Below are positions 1 through 9,859 of a stretch of 64,000 bases of DNA, piece by piece (the first letter of the stretch is position 1; every line of letters begins with the position of its first letter). Made by a program: the position numbers and the translations under genes. Source of the DNA: Bacteroidales bacterium (GTDB lineage: Bacteria > Bacteroidota > Bacteroidia > Bacteroidales > GCA-2748055); contig JARGFM010000005.1 of assembly GCA_029210725.1 (NCBI GenBank), forward strand, positions 89,805 through 153,804. Reading direction: 5' to 3'. Under the pieces are notes generated by a model. The model was given only the letters and a program-made list of their open reading frames with translations. It had not been told where the DNA came from and ran no database searches.

Positions 1-1467
1 ATCGAGAAATTCACGCCACCTGTATCCAGGCAGGTAGGCGTGCCAGGTGTTGAGGTCGGTCACCACATGATCATAGTTGCAGGGCGAATTATCCTCTATA
101 AGCCTGCCGGGATCTAGCTGCTTGGCTTCCTCATACTTTTCCCTGACCCATTGCTGAGTTTCAGGAAGATAGGCCCGTTCTTTTCCTTCTCCCGTAAACA
201 GCCCCCAGGTTTCATTAAAAAGAACCCAGGAGAAGATGGAGGGGTGATTATAGTCCCGGGCTATCATTTCCCGCATGGCATATTCCCATTCTTCCTTTGC
301 CTTTTCATCGGGTTCTCCCCAGAAATTGGGTACATCTGCCATGATCAGCAGTCCCAGTTTATCCGCCCAGTAAAGCTTACGGGGTATTTCGACCTTAATA
401 TGGATCCGGTTACCGTTAAGACCGATCTTCTTGGACCTGATGATTTCGTCTCTCATAAACTCGTCACTGGGATAGGTGTAGAAGCCTTCGGCATGGTAGG
501 CCTGATCAAGACTCAGCTGGAGATAGACTGGTCTGTTATTCAACGCCACATAGGGAAAGGGTGTGCCGGGCAGATCCATAATACTGATCTTTCTCATTCC
601 AAAATAGCTGGAGAGCTCATCAAATATGCCCTGGTTATTATGAAGCTGAACCTTCAGCTCATAGAGGTAAGGATTTTCCAGTTCCCAGAGCTGGGGATTG
701 GGAATGCTGAATTCAAACTCCACCTCCTGCATTTTTTTCCCGATTTTCGGTGAGGTGATCATCCCTGGTATGTCCTGATTGGGGAAAGTAAGATTGATAA
801 ACAAATCCTCCTCTGCCGGATGGTCCAGCAGGGCAGATACCTTTACGGAGCCCTTATCGATATCGGGAGTAAAATGTATCCTCTTCAGGGCAATGGCCCC
901 CCGGCTTTCCAGATAGACGGTCTGCCAGATTCCTTTGGCTTCTCCGTAGCCCTGCTTGCCCTCCAGTTTGAAAGGCTGCGGGCTGTCATCCACCCTCAGT
1001 ACCAGCTGGTGAGCCTGCCCCGGGGTGGTAAATTCAGTGAGATCAAATTCGAAAGGAGTATACCCGCCCCGGTGTTCACCCACAAATTCTCCATCGATCC
1101 ACACTTTGGTAAGCCAGTCGCACGCGCCGATAATGAGAAAAGTCCTTCGTCCGTTCCATTCTTCAGGAATATCCAGGCGCCGGCTGTACCAGGCCATGTG
1201 GGCCTTGTTTTCCACACCCGATAATTGCGATCCCCAGGGAAAGGGAACCATGATCTTATCCGTGAACATGGGCCGCTCATGCCAGCCTGTTTCCATGCCG
1301 GTATCCAGACTGTCAAACTGAAATTCCCAGATACCGTTCAGGTTTATCCAGTTGTCACGCTGAAAGTCGGGGCGGGGATGTTCCGGAAGGGGGATCTCCT
1401 GGGCAGCAAGACTCATGCTCAGTATCACGGTAAAAATAATAACGCCGGTGCATAGAATTCTCTTCAT
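1..1467 (-). CDS. Glycoside hydrolase family 2 (beta-galactosidase/mannosidase-like), N-terminal 489 aa; C-terminus runs off the window
   Basis: The minus-strand frame is open from the ATG at 1467-1465 to the window edge. It is absent from the ORF track because it is truncated. My own translation gives MKRILCTGVIIFTVILSMSLAAQE (signal peptide), NWINLNGIWEFQFD (GH2 sugar-binding N-domain pattern), NGNRIHIKVE, and SWVLFNETWG (GH2-like N-E acid/base motif). Confidence 0.8.
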   Translation of the reverse strand, partial: MKRILCTGVIIFTVILSMSLAAQEIPLPEHPRPDFQRDNWINLNGIWEFQFDSLDTGMETGWHERPMFTDKIMVPFPWGSQLSGVENKAHMAWYSRRLDIPEEWNGRRTFLIIGACDWLTKVWIDGEFVGEHRGGYTPFEFDLTEFTTPGQAHQLVLRVDDSPQPFKLEGKQGYGEAKGIWQTVYLESRGAIALKRIHFTPDIDKGSVKVSALLDHPAEEDLFINLTFPNQDIPGMITSPKIGKKMQEVEFEFSIPNPQLWELENPYLYELKVQLHNNQGIFDELSSYFGMRKISIMDLPGTPFPYVALNNRPVYLQLSLDQAYHAEGFYTYPSDEFMRDEIIRSKKIGLNGNRIHIKVEIPRKLYWADKLGLLIMADVPNFWGEPDEKAKEEWEYAMREMIARDYNHPSIFSWVLFNETWGLFTGEGKERAYLPETQQWVREKYEEAKQLDPGRLIEDNSPCNYDHVVTDLNTWHAYLPGYRWREFLD

Positions 1468-1507
1468 GTTCTGATTTCCTTTGGTAAGTTGTTCGGGTTT
1501 TTTAGTG

Positions 1508-2617
1508 TCAGTCTTCAATGGCCACGCCCACGTACGAATCGGCTGTTCCATAATACAGGAACCATTTTGAGCGGAAGCAGACCAGCCCTTCCGCAAAGGT
1601 GGTTCCCGATTTATATTGTCCGCTCAGCTCATGGGGAAGAGTGGGTTTTAACAGACAGGTATCTGAGCGAAAAAGCACTTTTCCCGGCTGAAGCGGATCA
1701 AAGACAATCTTCCCAACCGTATAGCTGCCTCTGGGCAGATCGGGAGAGGCATCCTCACCCTCGGAATTTTTGCCATTGTACAGCAGGACAATACCTTCCT
1801 CTGTCAGGACTGCCGGCGGACCGCACTCTGTCAGGTTGCTGTCGAAGAACCCGGGGCGGGTTTCAATAATTGCGGCCAGTTCACCTTCCTCATCCAGACC
1901 GGGATACCAGTCAGAGAGGTTCTCCGACCAGGCCAGGTTGATAAACTGTTCTCCCCAGTACATCCAGTACTTTCCATCGATTTTTGTCACCACCTGCTTT
2001 TCACCTTCAAGCCGGGTAATTATGGATCCTGATTTGGACCAGTGTTCCAGGAATTTGCCTTCATATGCCTTTGCAAAAGCAGGGCCCTTTTTCTCCCAGT
2101 GCACAAGATCCCTGGAGAAAGCGATGCTGAGTCTGGCCACTTCCCGGTTCCAGGAAGTGTAAGCCATTACGTAAAGACCGTCGTCAGTGACAACCACCCT
2201 GGGATCCTCGCATCCTCCGGGATAATCGTACTGCATGAATTCACCACTGTCGGGATAGAGTACCGGCGTGGGATATATTTCAAAATTCAGGCCATCCTCA
2301 CTGCTCGCCAGACCAATTCTGGAGGTTCTTCCACCCAGAATCGCATCCGGGTTGTCCTCGGCCCTGAAAAGCACCTGTATCTTATTGTCTTTCACGATGG
2401 CAGCAGGATTGAACACATCCGCCTTCTGCCATTGCACCCTCTCATTCTTAATGGGACAAATAAAAGTATAGGTGGAATCGGCCCCCAGAACGGGATTCTC
2501 TTCAGGTTTTTGAAATTCAAGGAAGGCCGCTTCCGTTGCTTTTTCGGAATTGACTGCAGAACTACATCCGGCTGCGATCAACCAGGTCAGCAGAAAAATT
2601 GCATTTTTCATATTCAA
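1508..2617 (-). CDS. Glycoside hydrolase family 130 (beta-mannoside hydrolase/phosphorylase family), lipoprotein
   Basis: 369-aa ORF with a lipobox LIAAGCSS. GH130-type motifs are present: SRIGLASSEDGLNF, GCEDPRVVVTDDG and LYYGTADSYVGVA. Confidence 0.85.
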   Translation of the reverse strand: MNMKNAIFLLTWLIAAGCSSAVNSEKATEAAFLEFQKPEENPVLGADSTYTFICPIKNERVQWQKADVFNPAAIVKDNKIQVLFRAEDNPDAILGGRTSRIGLASSEDGLNFEIYPTPVLYPDSGEFMQYDYPGGCEDPRVVVTDDGLYVMAYTSWNREVARLSIAFSRDLVHWEKKGPAFAKAYEGKFLEHWSKSGSIITRLEGEKQVVTKIDGKYWMYWGEQFINLAWSENLSDWYPGLDEEGELAAIIETRPGFFDSNLTECGPPAVLTEEGIVLLYNGKNSEGEDASPDLPRGSYTVGKIVFDPLQPGKVLFRSDTCLLKPTLPHELSGQYKSGTTFAEGLVCFRSKWFLYYGTADSYVGVAIED

Positions 2618-2625
2618 AGTGTTTT

Positions 2626-3549
2626 TTATGCCAGTTCCCAGGCCTTTTTCATCAGTTTTTTAGTTAGCAGGATCCCTTCATGCTCACTCTTCTCTGTTCC
2701 TTCATACTCGATGCCGATGTAGCCCCGGTAATCGGACTCCTTGACAATCTTCATCATCCTGTAATAGTCTATTTTCGTAACCTCGCCTTTTTCATTGAAG
2801 TTGTATGATTTGGCGCTTACCGCCCTGGCATAAGGCAGCAGTCCGGCAACTCCCTGATACCTGTCATAAACCCGGTCGCACTCACCCTGTGTGGATCCCC
2901 ATTTGGCCGACAGGCACCAGTTCCCGAAATCAGGGAAGGCCCCGAAATTGGGCCGGTTCACCTCTTCAATGATCCCTGCAATCAGGGCGGCATCGGAGCT
3001 GAACAAACCGTGATTTTCAATCACAATGCTGATATCGGCCTTTGCTGCATAATCGGCCAGTCTCGACATTCCATCCATGATGGCCATCCGGTATATTTCC
3101 CGGTCGGCATCACCAAAGGCATTCACACGCATGATCGGACAACCCAGCAGTTTTGCTGCATGGACCCATTTATAATGATTTTCCACCGACTTCAGTCGCG
3201 TTTTTTCACTGGCCGCCCCCAGGTCTCCTTCATCATCGACCATCAGAACCAGGTTTTTGACCCCCGCATCTGCAGAACGCACTTTCATTCTGTTCCAGAA
3301 GGCCTCATCCTTGGCCTTTCCCGGGTAGAGACCATTTACAAATTCAACGGCATCGATCTGATATTTGTCCATAGAAATGGAGGCAAAGTCGGCCGGATCC
3401 AGATCTCCTCTGCGGAAACTCCGGTGCAGGGACCACTGAGCCAGGGATATTTTCAGTTCCTTTTCTTCCTTGCTGTTTGCTATCAAGGGGTTCGTAGCCA
3501 GGGCCGTTGCCCCCATTACAGAGTTTCTGATAAATGTTCTCCTTTTCAT
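2626..3549 (-). CDS. Sugar phosphate isomerase/epimerase (xylose isomerase-like TIM barrel) with Tat-type signal
   Basis: 307 aa. The N-terminus MKRRTFIRNSVMGATALA has a twin-arginine signal pattern. The body matches AP-endonuclease-2/xylose-isomerase-like TIM barrel proteins (IVIENHG, GIEYEG). Confidence 0.75.
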   Translation of the reverse strand: MKRRTFIRNSVMGATALATNPLIANSKEEKELKISLAQWSLHRSFRRGDLDPADFASISMDKYQIDAVEFVNGLYPGKAKDEAFWNRMKVRSADAGVKNLVLMVDDEGDLGAASEKTRLKSVENHYKWVHAAKLLGCPIMRVNAFGDADREIYRMAIMDGMSRLADYAAKADISIVIENHGLFSSDAALIAGIIEEVNRPNFGAFPDFGNWCLSAKWGSTQGECDRVYDRYQGVAGLLPYARAVSAKSYNFNEKGEVTKIDYYRMMKIVKESDYRGYIGIEYEGTEKSEHEGILLTKKLMKKAWELA

Positions 3550-3560
3550 AGTTTAGTTTA

Positions 3561-3746
3561 CTAAATGGTCTGTATTGAAATGCCTGACGGAAGCAGAAGA
3601 TCTTTGTTATAGCCATGACCATCCCTGCTGAACTGTCCATCCGGGAAGAAGACCCTGACGGTATCGCACAGCGAGGGGCAAGATAGCAGTAACAAAGCCA
3701 TTACTGAGAGAGTAAGCCGGAGTTGAAGGATGTTTCTTTTTTTCAT
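3561..3746 (-). CDS. Possible small lipoprotein (61 aa), hypothetical
   Basis: The ORF has a signal peptide and lipobox (MALLLLSC). It fills the gap between two same-strand genes. No recognisable domain. Confidence 0.25.
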   Translation of the reverse strand: MKKRNILQLRLTLSVMALLLLSCPSLCDTVRVFFPDGQFSRDGHGYNKDLLLPSGISIQTI

Positions 3747-3768
3747 GATTACTTCATAAGGCTGGCGA

Positions 3769-4749
3769 CTATTTCACAAAAAGTGTGTACTCGGATTTCC
3801 ACTCCTCTGTATCGCCGGGTTTGACAGAAAGCCAGACTGAGTTCTCCGGGCTCAGGGTGGTACGGCATGCCCAGAATGCCATGCGATGCAGCGGCTTATC
3901 CACCGTAAAAGTGACACCCGCTCCTGATTTATGGTTTTGCACGGTAACCTGATGATCAGACAGCTCATCGCCATAACCTTCAAGTAAGAGGAAGAAGGAA
4001 TCATCACCTTTCAGGTCCCTGATAAATCTTAATTCATTTTCCCGGATTTCAGCAAAACCCAGAGCATCGTCACTGGTGGAAACAGGGTAGGGGAAGCTGA
4101 TGCTGAAGGCCCTTCCGCTTGGCTCGCCGTCAATCATAAAAAAGTTATGATTGAACTGGTCAGTCTCGATCCCTTTTGTCCCTGTATTCTGAAGCCTGTG
4201 TTCCATGGAAAACCCATTACTCTTCAGCCTGATTATCTTGTGGTATACATAACTATAGCCTATATCGCTGATTAACTCGTGCCTGAAGGAGATCCAGTCG
4301 GCACCATGTTCCACGGTCCACTTCCCGGAGTCAAGCAAATTGTAAAAATTCCTGAAATTGTAGCTTTCCTCATCCGGCTTCTCAATAACTCCGACGCCGA
4401 TCCTTACATACTTCCCCCCCGGTTCTGCCTCGTCATAGCCCAGTCCCGCTTTGATATACCCCTCCACCGGTCCGGTCAGATCTTCATGAAACAGGGGGTC
4501 GTGGGTCTCTTTCCAGTACCCGAAATACTCATGTCCCTGGTACTTCACACTGCCGATTATCCCTGACCAGTCAAAGCGGGTGGCTCGATACAGACCATTT
4601 TCCGGATCCGGAAGATAAATTTTCATCTCCACTTTTTCATTGGATATGGTCAGGGATGGAAAATGATCAAAATTCATCTCTTTAAAGGTACAACTTCCGG
4701 TGCTGAGTGCCATAACAGCCAGCACGAAATTCAGGTTTAATTTTTTCAT
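3769..4749 (-). CDS. Exported hypothetical protein (about 326 aa) in the glycan cluster
   Basis: The ORF spans 3769-4827. The likely true start is MKKLNLNFVLAVMALSTGSC (lipoprotein signal) at 4749. The protein-like composition is rich in beta-sandwich-type segments (QFNHNFFMIDGEP). I do not recognise the family. Confidence 0.6.
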   Translation of the reverse strand: MKKLNLNFVLAVMALSTGSCTFKEMNFDHFPSLTISNEKVEMKIYLPDPENGLYRATRFDWSGIIGSVKYQGHEYFGYWKETHDPLFHEDLTGPVEGYIKAGLGYDEAEPGGKYVRIGVGVIEKPDEESYNFRNFYNLLDSGKWTVEHGADWISFRHELISDIGYSYVYHKIIRLKSNGFSMEHRLQNTGTKGIETDQFNHNFFMIDGEPSGRAFSISFPYPVSTSDDALGFAEIRENELRFIRDLKGDDSFFLLLEGYGDELSDHQVTVQNHKSGAGVTFTVDKPLHRMAFWACRTTLSPENSVWLSVKPGDTEEWKSEYTLFVK

Positions 4750-4901
4750 ATTGCTCAATGGTTTATCCTTGGATGTTTTATTTCCAGCCTGGCATTTTAT
4801 ATACTTCGATGATCTGCTCAAGTTCACCAGTGAATTCCTGGGCCGAAACAGCCCAGGGAAAACTCAGGCTCAGAATCTGTGAATTAATAAAAAGTCTCAT
4901 G

Positions 4902-5609
4902 CTAGTCTTCCAGCTGGAAATCAATGGTTGAAACCACCCGGACGATCTTGATCTGTGGCGTGTTTTCGTCCCGGTCGTTTATGGTAAACAGCCCCTGCCT
5001 AGCCATCCTGATCTCTCCGACCCCGGAGTTGGAATCACGGGCAAACTTTTCTGCAACCTCCCTGGCATTTATGGTAGCCTCTTCAATCATAGAAGGCTTG
5101 AGTTCGTTTAAACCGGTAAATATATACTCGATGGGCCTCCAGGTGTTTTTAGATCCAAGCAAAATCCCTTTCGACATAAGTTCCAGGGATTCCGAAAGCG
5201 CTTTTTGAAGCTTGTCAATATCGTTGGTTCTGACCGTAAATTCGGATTTTGCCAGGTATCTGAATTCGTTGTTCTGATAATTGGAATTATACTGGTCGGC
5301 CCTGGTATCGCTGATATTGGTGCTGCCTTTTGTCAGTTCCCCCTGTTTAAATCCCTGATCAATACAGAAGCTGTGTACCTCCTTGTTTTGTTTTTCGATC
5401 TCACTCCGGAGAGACCTGAGGTCATTGGCAGTGAGGGTGATGTTGATCGGCCAGACAGCCAGATCTGCTTTCACCTCCCGCTGTGATAAGCCTTTTACCT
5501 GAACAAAACGATCATATTTCTTCCCGGTTTTGTGCATGTTACCTACAAAGAATCCGGCAACTACAAGTGAAATCGATAGGATCAGGGTTTTAAGCCAGTC
5601 TGTTTTCAT
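4902..5609 (-). CDS. SIMPL domain (DUF541) periplasmic/membrane-anchored protein
   Basis: 235 aa with an N-terminal TM anchor. FVQVKGLSQREVKADLAVWPI and the overall layout are typical of SIMPL/YggE-like proteins. Confidence 0.7.
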   Translation of the reverse strand: MKTDWLKTLILSISLVVAGFFVGNMHKTGKKYDRFVQVKGLSQREVKADLAVWPINITLTANDLRSLRSEIEKQNKEVHSFCIDQGFKQGELTKGSTNISDTRADQYNSNYQNNEFRYLAKSEFTVRTNDIDKLQKALSESLELMSKGILLGSKNTWRPIEYIFTGLNELKPSMIEEATINAREVAEKFARDSNSGVGEIRMARQGLFTINDRDENTPQIKIVRVVSTIDFQLED

Positions 5610-5668
5610 CCGTTCCAGTTTTTATTTGATACAAAATACTGCTTTTATGCCAGAAATGCGCCATGTAT

Positions 5669-6568
5669 TTATTTGAATCCTAATTCTGCAATAAGCGGCA
5701 GGTGATCGGACAGGATCTGAACTGAATCGCAGCTGATAATTTCAGCCCTGCCCACATGGCGGGCCAGGTCTTCAGAAACAAAAATATAGTCGAGCCTGCG
5801 CTGATCCCCGTGCTCACCCTCCTTTTCTATTTGCGTCGGGAAACTGCCGGAAAAGCGGTAGCCGGACTTTCGCCTTCCTGCCTCCAGGTCCACCAGCCCG
5901 GTATCCATGAGCTTCCGGATCACTGAATAATCGAGCATTCCGGCTTTCAGGTTATTTTCCTTGTAGAGCGAATCCCGCTCCGCGAAAAATGATTCCAGCC
6001 TCCCGTGTGAATAATAAACCGAATCCAGGGGAGAGAAAGTATTGAAGTCACCCGCCAGAATCAGGCTTGAGTTTGCCGGAAGTGTTTGGATATCTTCTAT
6101 GATCTGTTGGATTTCACGATTCCTAATCTCCCAGTCAGAGGGATGTAGATGAATGGCATAGCAATAAACCCACTTTATTTTGACCCGCAGTAAGCCATGA
6201 TGAAAACCTGCAGTGATCCGCTGAATCTCTTCTATGGGATACCGGGAAGTGATCCCGGTGGGGAAACCGTCCTCCTTGAGTAATACACTGTAAGGATGGC
6301 CATAGCTCCTGGCGTCGTTCTGCAGTTTGCAAGGGGTAAAGTGGTTCAGCTCCTGCAGGAACACAATATCCGGATCCTGTGCCTGTATCCAGGCCATCCA
6401 GCTCTCCTTTCTGTCAGGAACTTGGGTAAATCCATACCAGACATTGTGGCTTATAATCGTGAGCTCTGAGCCTTTGGGGGAAGAATCTCTTTTTTCTATG
6501 GAGCAGGAAAACAGGAGGACTGCGGATAAAGCAAAAAGGATTGTGTTCAGAAAGTGTCCGGATCGCAT
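5669..6568 (-). CDS. Endonuclease/exonuclease/phosphatase (EEP) family protein, exported
   Basis: 299 aa with a signal peptide ending in a Cys. Motifs: ISHNVW, VFLQEL, LAGDFN, and the C-terminal SDHLPL motif characteristic of the EEP fold. Confidence 0.85.
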   Translation of the reverse strand: MRSGHFLNTILFALSAVLLFSCSIEKRDSSPKGSELTIISHNVWYGFTQVPDRKESWMAWIQAQDPDIVFLQELNHFTPCKLQNDARSYGHPYSVLLKEDGFPTGITSRYPIEEIQRITAGFHHGLLRVKIKWVYCYAIHLHPSDWEIRNREIQQIIEDIQTLPANSSLILAGDFNTFSPLDSVYYSHGRLESFFAERDSLYKENNLKAGMLDYSVIRKLMDTGLVDLEAGRRKSGYRFSGSFPTQIEKEGEHGDQRRLDYIFVSEDLARHVGRAEIISCDSVQILSDHLPLIAELGFK

Positions 6569-6725
6569 GTAAGTGCATTTTGTGTTGAATTTAATCAGTT
6601 TTTGAAGAAGATGCTAATACACGGCAACTTTCGGAGCATGAAAGTTGTTTATTGAATCTGAGGGCCTTGCTTCTGCATATATTATAAATAACATTTATCT
6701 TTACCTCTTCAAATTGTGGATGTAG

Positions 6726-8135
6726 ATGAGCGATAACATGGAACAAGTATTTGAAAATGAAGAGTTCCAGGTGCTGCTGAGGAAGTATGAAGATATGAGG
6801 AGCGGTGCACAGCCAATCTTTTTTGATGTGGAGGAATTCGAACAGATTATCGATTATTATCTGGACGACTTTCAGTATGAAGAGGCTCGTGAAGCAGCAA
6901 ATCTGGGTACACGGCAGCATCCGGCCTCGGTGGAAATTAAATACAAGTTTATCCATATTTTTATTGAGCAGGGCCAGCCCAAAAAGGCGCTAGCGCTCCT
7001 GGAGGAGATCCCGGTCTGGGAGGAAAACAATGCGGAGCGCTATTTTCTGAAGGGAACGGCACTTTGTCTGACCGGCAAGCTGAAAGAGTCCGAAGCTCAG
7101 TTTGACAGGGGGCTGGAACTATCCGGTGGTGATATCTTTGAGGCCCTTATCAACATCTCCATTGCATACGAGAATGTCAGACACTTTGAACAGGCCGTTA
7201 AGTACCTGATCCAGGCCTACCACCAGCAGCCGGAAAATCTATCTGTGCTCTATGACCTGGGATACTTTTACGACCGCCTTCATAAGTTTGATGAGAGTCT
7301 GAAATATTATCAGCAGTACCTGGACCTGGATCCCTATTCGGATAATGTCTGGTACAATATGGGTATTGTCTTTCATAAGATGGAACACTTTGAAGAGGCC
7401 GTGGATGCCTATGATTTTTCCATTGCCATTAATCCCGATTATGCCTCCTCCTATTTCAATAAGGCCAGTGTCTGGGTGAATGCAGGTAAATATGAAAAAG
7501 CGATTGAGGCATACAAGGATTTTCTGGGGGTGGAGCCTGATAACACACAGGCTTACTGCTACATGGGCGATTGCTTTGAACAGATGAACCGCCTGGAGGA
7601 TGCTCTGGGAGCTTTTCGTAAGGTTATAGAGCTGGATAACAGCGATCCGGAGGGGTGGTTTGGAGCCGGTATGATCTACCATCGGATGGGACAACAGCAG
7701 GAGGCCATTACCTACATACTGAAGGCCATTGAATTTGATAACAAAAACCTGGATTACTGGATCAACCTGGGTTATGCCAATGAAGATGCAGGGCTGAGCG
7801 AGGAGGCTATCAAGTGTTACACCTATGTGACTCACAGCGATGCCAATGATCTGGAAGCCTGGATCGCCCTGACCGGACTGCTTATGAAGGAAGGAGAGTA
7901 CGAGCTTGCACTGGGCTTTTTGAGAGAAGCTTTTGTGCATCATCCCGAGGATCCGGGGATCAGGCTGAAGATGGCCGTATGCCATCTGAAGCAGGGAGAG
8001 ACGGAGCTTTCAGTTAAGTTTCTGGAAGAGGCTCTTTCAGCAGACGGTGATCTGGAATCAGAATTTTCCTACTTTTTCCCTGAAGGGGAAAGAGAAACCC
8101 AGGTAGAGCGTATTATCCAACAGTATAAAAAGTAA
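6726..8135 (+). CDS. Tetratricopeptide repeat (TPR) protein
   Basis: 469 aa with repeated 34-aa A-x-x-x-Y/F...P patterns throughout (for example AVKYLIQAYHQQPEN and ALGAFRKVIELDNSDPEGW). Confidence 0.85.
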   Translation: MSDNMEQVFENEEFQVLLRKYEDMRSGAQPIFFDVEEFEQIIDYYLDDFQYEEAREAANLGTRQHPASVEIKYKFIHIFIEQGQPKKALALLEEIPVWEENNAERYFLKGTALCLTGKLKESEAQFDRGLELSGGDIFEALINISIAYENVRHFEQAVKYLIQAYHQQPENLSVLYDLGYFYDRLHKFDESLKYYQQYLDLDPYSDNVWYNMGIVFHKMEHFEEAVDAYDFSIAINPDYASSYFNKASVWVNAGKYEKAIEAYKDFLGVEPDNTQAYCYMGDCFEQMNRLEDALGAFRKVIELDNSDPEGWFGAGMIYHRMGQQQEAITYILKAIEFDNKNLDYWINLGYANEDAGLSEEAIKCYTYVTHSDANDLEAWIALTGLLMKEGEYELALGFLREAFVHHPEDPGIRLKMAVCHLKQGETELSVKFLEEALSADGDLESEFSYFFPEGERETQVERIIQQYKK

Positions 8136-8142
8136 AGCTCAA

Positions 8143-8925
8143 ATGAATTTTCCACTTACACATCTCCCTGAACGAACCTCGGGGAATCGCGATTATGGCC
8201 TTACCATGATGATGGACAAAGGTCTTAGTCTGAAAGAATCCGAACACTTTATTCAATCCAGTGCCCCCTTTACCGATCTGGTTAAGTTTGGTTTTGGAAC
8301 TGCACTGATCACCCGCGATCTTAAAGAAAAAGTAAAACTGTACCAGTCGGCCGGACTCAAACCCTATTTCGGGGGAACTCTTTTTGAAATGTTCTTTGTG
8401 AGGGGCGAATTTGATGCCTACAGAAAGTTTGTTTCAGAGTCGGGACTTGGCCATGTGGAGGTCTCAGACGGAACCATTAAAATGGAACACGAGGAGAAAC
8501 TGGAGTGTATTGCAACGCTGGCGAAGGATTTCGAAGTGCTTTCCGAAATCGGAAGTAAAATAAAAGGGGTGGAGCTCTCCAACGAGATCTGGGTATCTCA
8601 TATGAAAACCGAACTGGAGTCTGGAGCCTGGAAAGTAATTGCTGAAGCCAGGGAGAGTGGCACCATAGGCATATACCAGTCCGACGGATCGGCAAACAGA
8701 GCCCTGATCGATGACATTATAAAAGAAATTTCGGTGAATGATGTACTGTGGGAAGCACCCGGCAAAGCCCAGCAGACCATGTTTATTCAGCTGGTTGGGG
8801 CCAATGTGAACCTGGGGAATATTGCCCCCAATGAGGTCGTCTCGCTCGAAGCTCTGCGTTGTGGCATGCGTGGAGATACCTTCTTTGATGTATTGCCGGA
8901 ATTGTTTCATTCCAGAAAACAGTAG
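8143..8925 (+). CDS. Phosphosulfolactate synthase (ComA) family protein
   Basis: 260 aa. DYGLTMMMDKGLS...FTDLVKFGFGTALI...YFGGTLFE matches the (2R)-phospho-3-sulfolactate synthase family pattern. Confidence 0.8.
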   Translation: MNFPLTHLPERTSGNRDYGLTMMMDKGLSLKESEHFIQSSAPFTDLVKFGFGTALITRDLKEKVKLYQSAGLKPYFGGTLFEMFFVRGEFDAYRKFVSESGLGHVEVSDGTIKMEHEEKLECIATLAKDFEVLSEIGSKIKGVELSNEIWVSHMKTELESGAWKVIAEARESGTIGIYQSDGSANRALIDDIIKEISVNDVLWEAPGKAQQTMFIQLVGANVNLGNIAPNEVVSLEALRCGMRGDTFFDVLPELFHSRKQ

Positions 8926-8929
8926 CGTT

Positions 8930-9859
8930 TTGAAGAAAAACTCAACGAAGTACCTCTTCCTTGTACTGAGGGGAATGGGCATGGGGGCAGCTGATGTGGT
9001 GCCTGGGGTATCGGGGGGAACCATTGCATTTATTACCGGCATTTACGAAGAGTTAATAAACTCCATCAAAGGGATAAACCTGGATGCAATCAAACTGTTC
9101 TTCACCGGGCGCTGGCGTGCTTTCTGGAAGCAGATCAACGGAAATTTCCTGCTGGCGGTATTTGCCGGGATATTCCTCTCGGTGCTGTCTCTGGCCAGGC
9201 TTCTGGAATATCTTCTGGAACATCAGCCTGTTTTGATCTGGTCCTTCTTTTTTGGTTTGGTCCTGGCCTCTTCATATGTGGTGTCCCGGAAGATCAGTCA
9301 CTGGAAGTATCCCATGTTTATCGCACTGGCTGGAGGCACCGCTATTGCTTTCATCATCACCAGTGTCACGCCCGCCACCACCACGGAGGCTCCCTGGTTT
9401 GTGATCCTTTCAGGCGCATTGGCCAGTTGTGCCATGATCCTTCCGGGCATATCGGGAAGTTTTATCCTGCTGCTGCTGGGCAAATATTCCTTTGCGCTTT
9501 CTGCGGTGAACGAAGGCATTATTCTCAACCTCCTCTTACTGGGTCTGGGTGCTGTTGGCGGACTGATCCTGTTTGCAAACCTGCTCTCGTGGCTGCTCCG
9601 CAAGTATCACGATGTGACCTTTGCCCTGCTGGTGGGCTTTATGATCGGATCCTTAAATAAAATCTGGCCCTGGAAGGAGACTCTGGAATACATTGAAGTG
9701 GAGGGAGTATTAAAACCGCTGATAGAAACGAATATCCTGCCCTCAGCAGGAAATGCCGGGGATCAGCTGTGGATGGCGCTGCTCCTGGCTGCTACCGGGG
9801 TTTCGCTGATCCTGTTTATCGAGATGGGACTGGCAAGGAACAGAAAAACAGACCCATGA
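8930..9859 (+). CDS. DUF368 family integral membrane protein
   Basis: The family hallmark GAADVVPGVSGGTIAFITGIYEELI is present, repeated later as ILPGISGSFILLLLG, with multiple TM segments. The start is uncertain: an in-frame TTG at 8930 lies just after the ComA stop, and an ATG lies at 8975. The track ORF start at 8822 overlaps ComA and is unlikely. Confidence 0.8.
   Translation: MKKNSTKYLFLVLRGMGMGAADVVPGVSGGTIAFITGIYEELINSIKGINLDAIKLFFTGRWRAFWKQINGNFLLAVFAGIFLSVLSLARLLEYLLEHQPVLIWSFFFGLVLASSYVVSRKISHWKYPMFIALAGGTAIAFIITSVTPATTTEAPWFVILSGALASCAMILPGISGSFILLLLGKYSFALSAVNEGIILNLLLLGLGAVGGLILFANLLSWLLRKYHDVTFALLVGFMIGSLNKIWPWKETLEYIEVEGVLKPLIETNILPSAGNAGDQLWMALLLAATGVSLILFIEMGLARNRKTDP

Noticed and set aside
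4838-4860. Hairpin CCTGGGC-cgaaaca-GCCCAGG downstream of the SIMPL gene as a terminator
   Set aside because: No U-tract follows on either strand, so I did not call it as a feature.
6625-6647. An 8-bp hairpin CAACTTTC/GAAAGTTG followed by TTTATT in the EEP/TPR divergent intergenic region
   Set aside because: It lies between two divergently transcribed genes, where a terminator has no obvious role. It is isolated, I cannot assess conservation, and it may be a 5'-UTR structure of low information.
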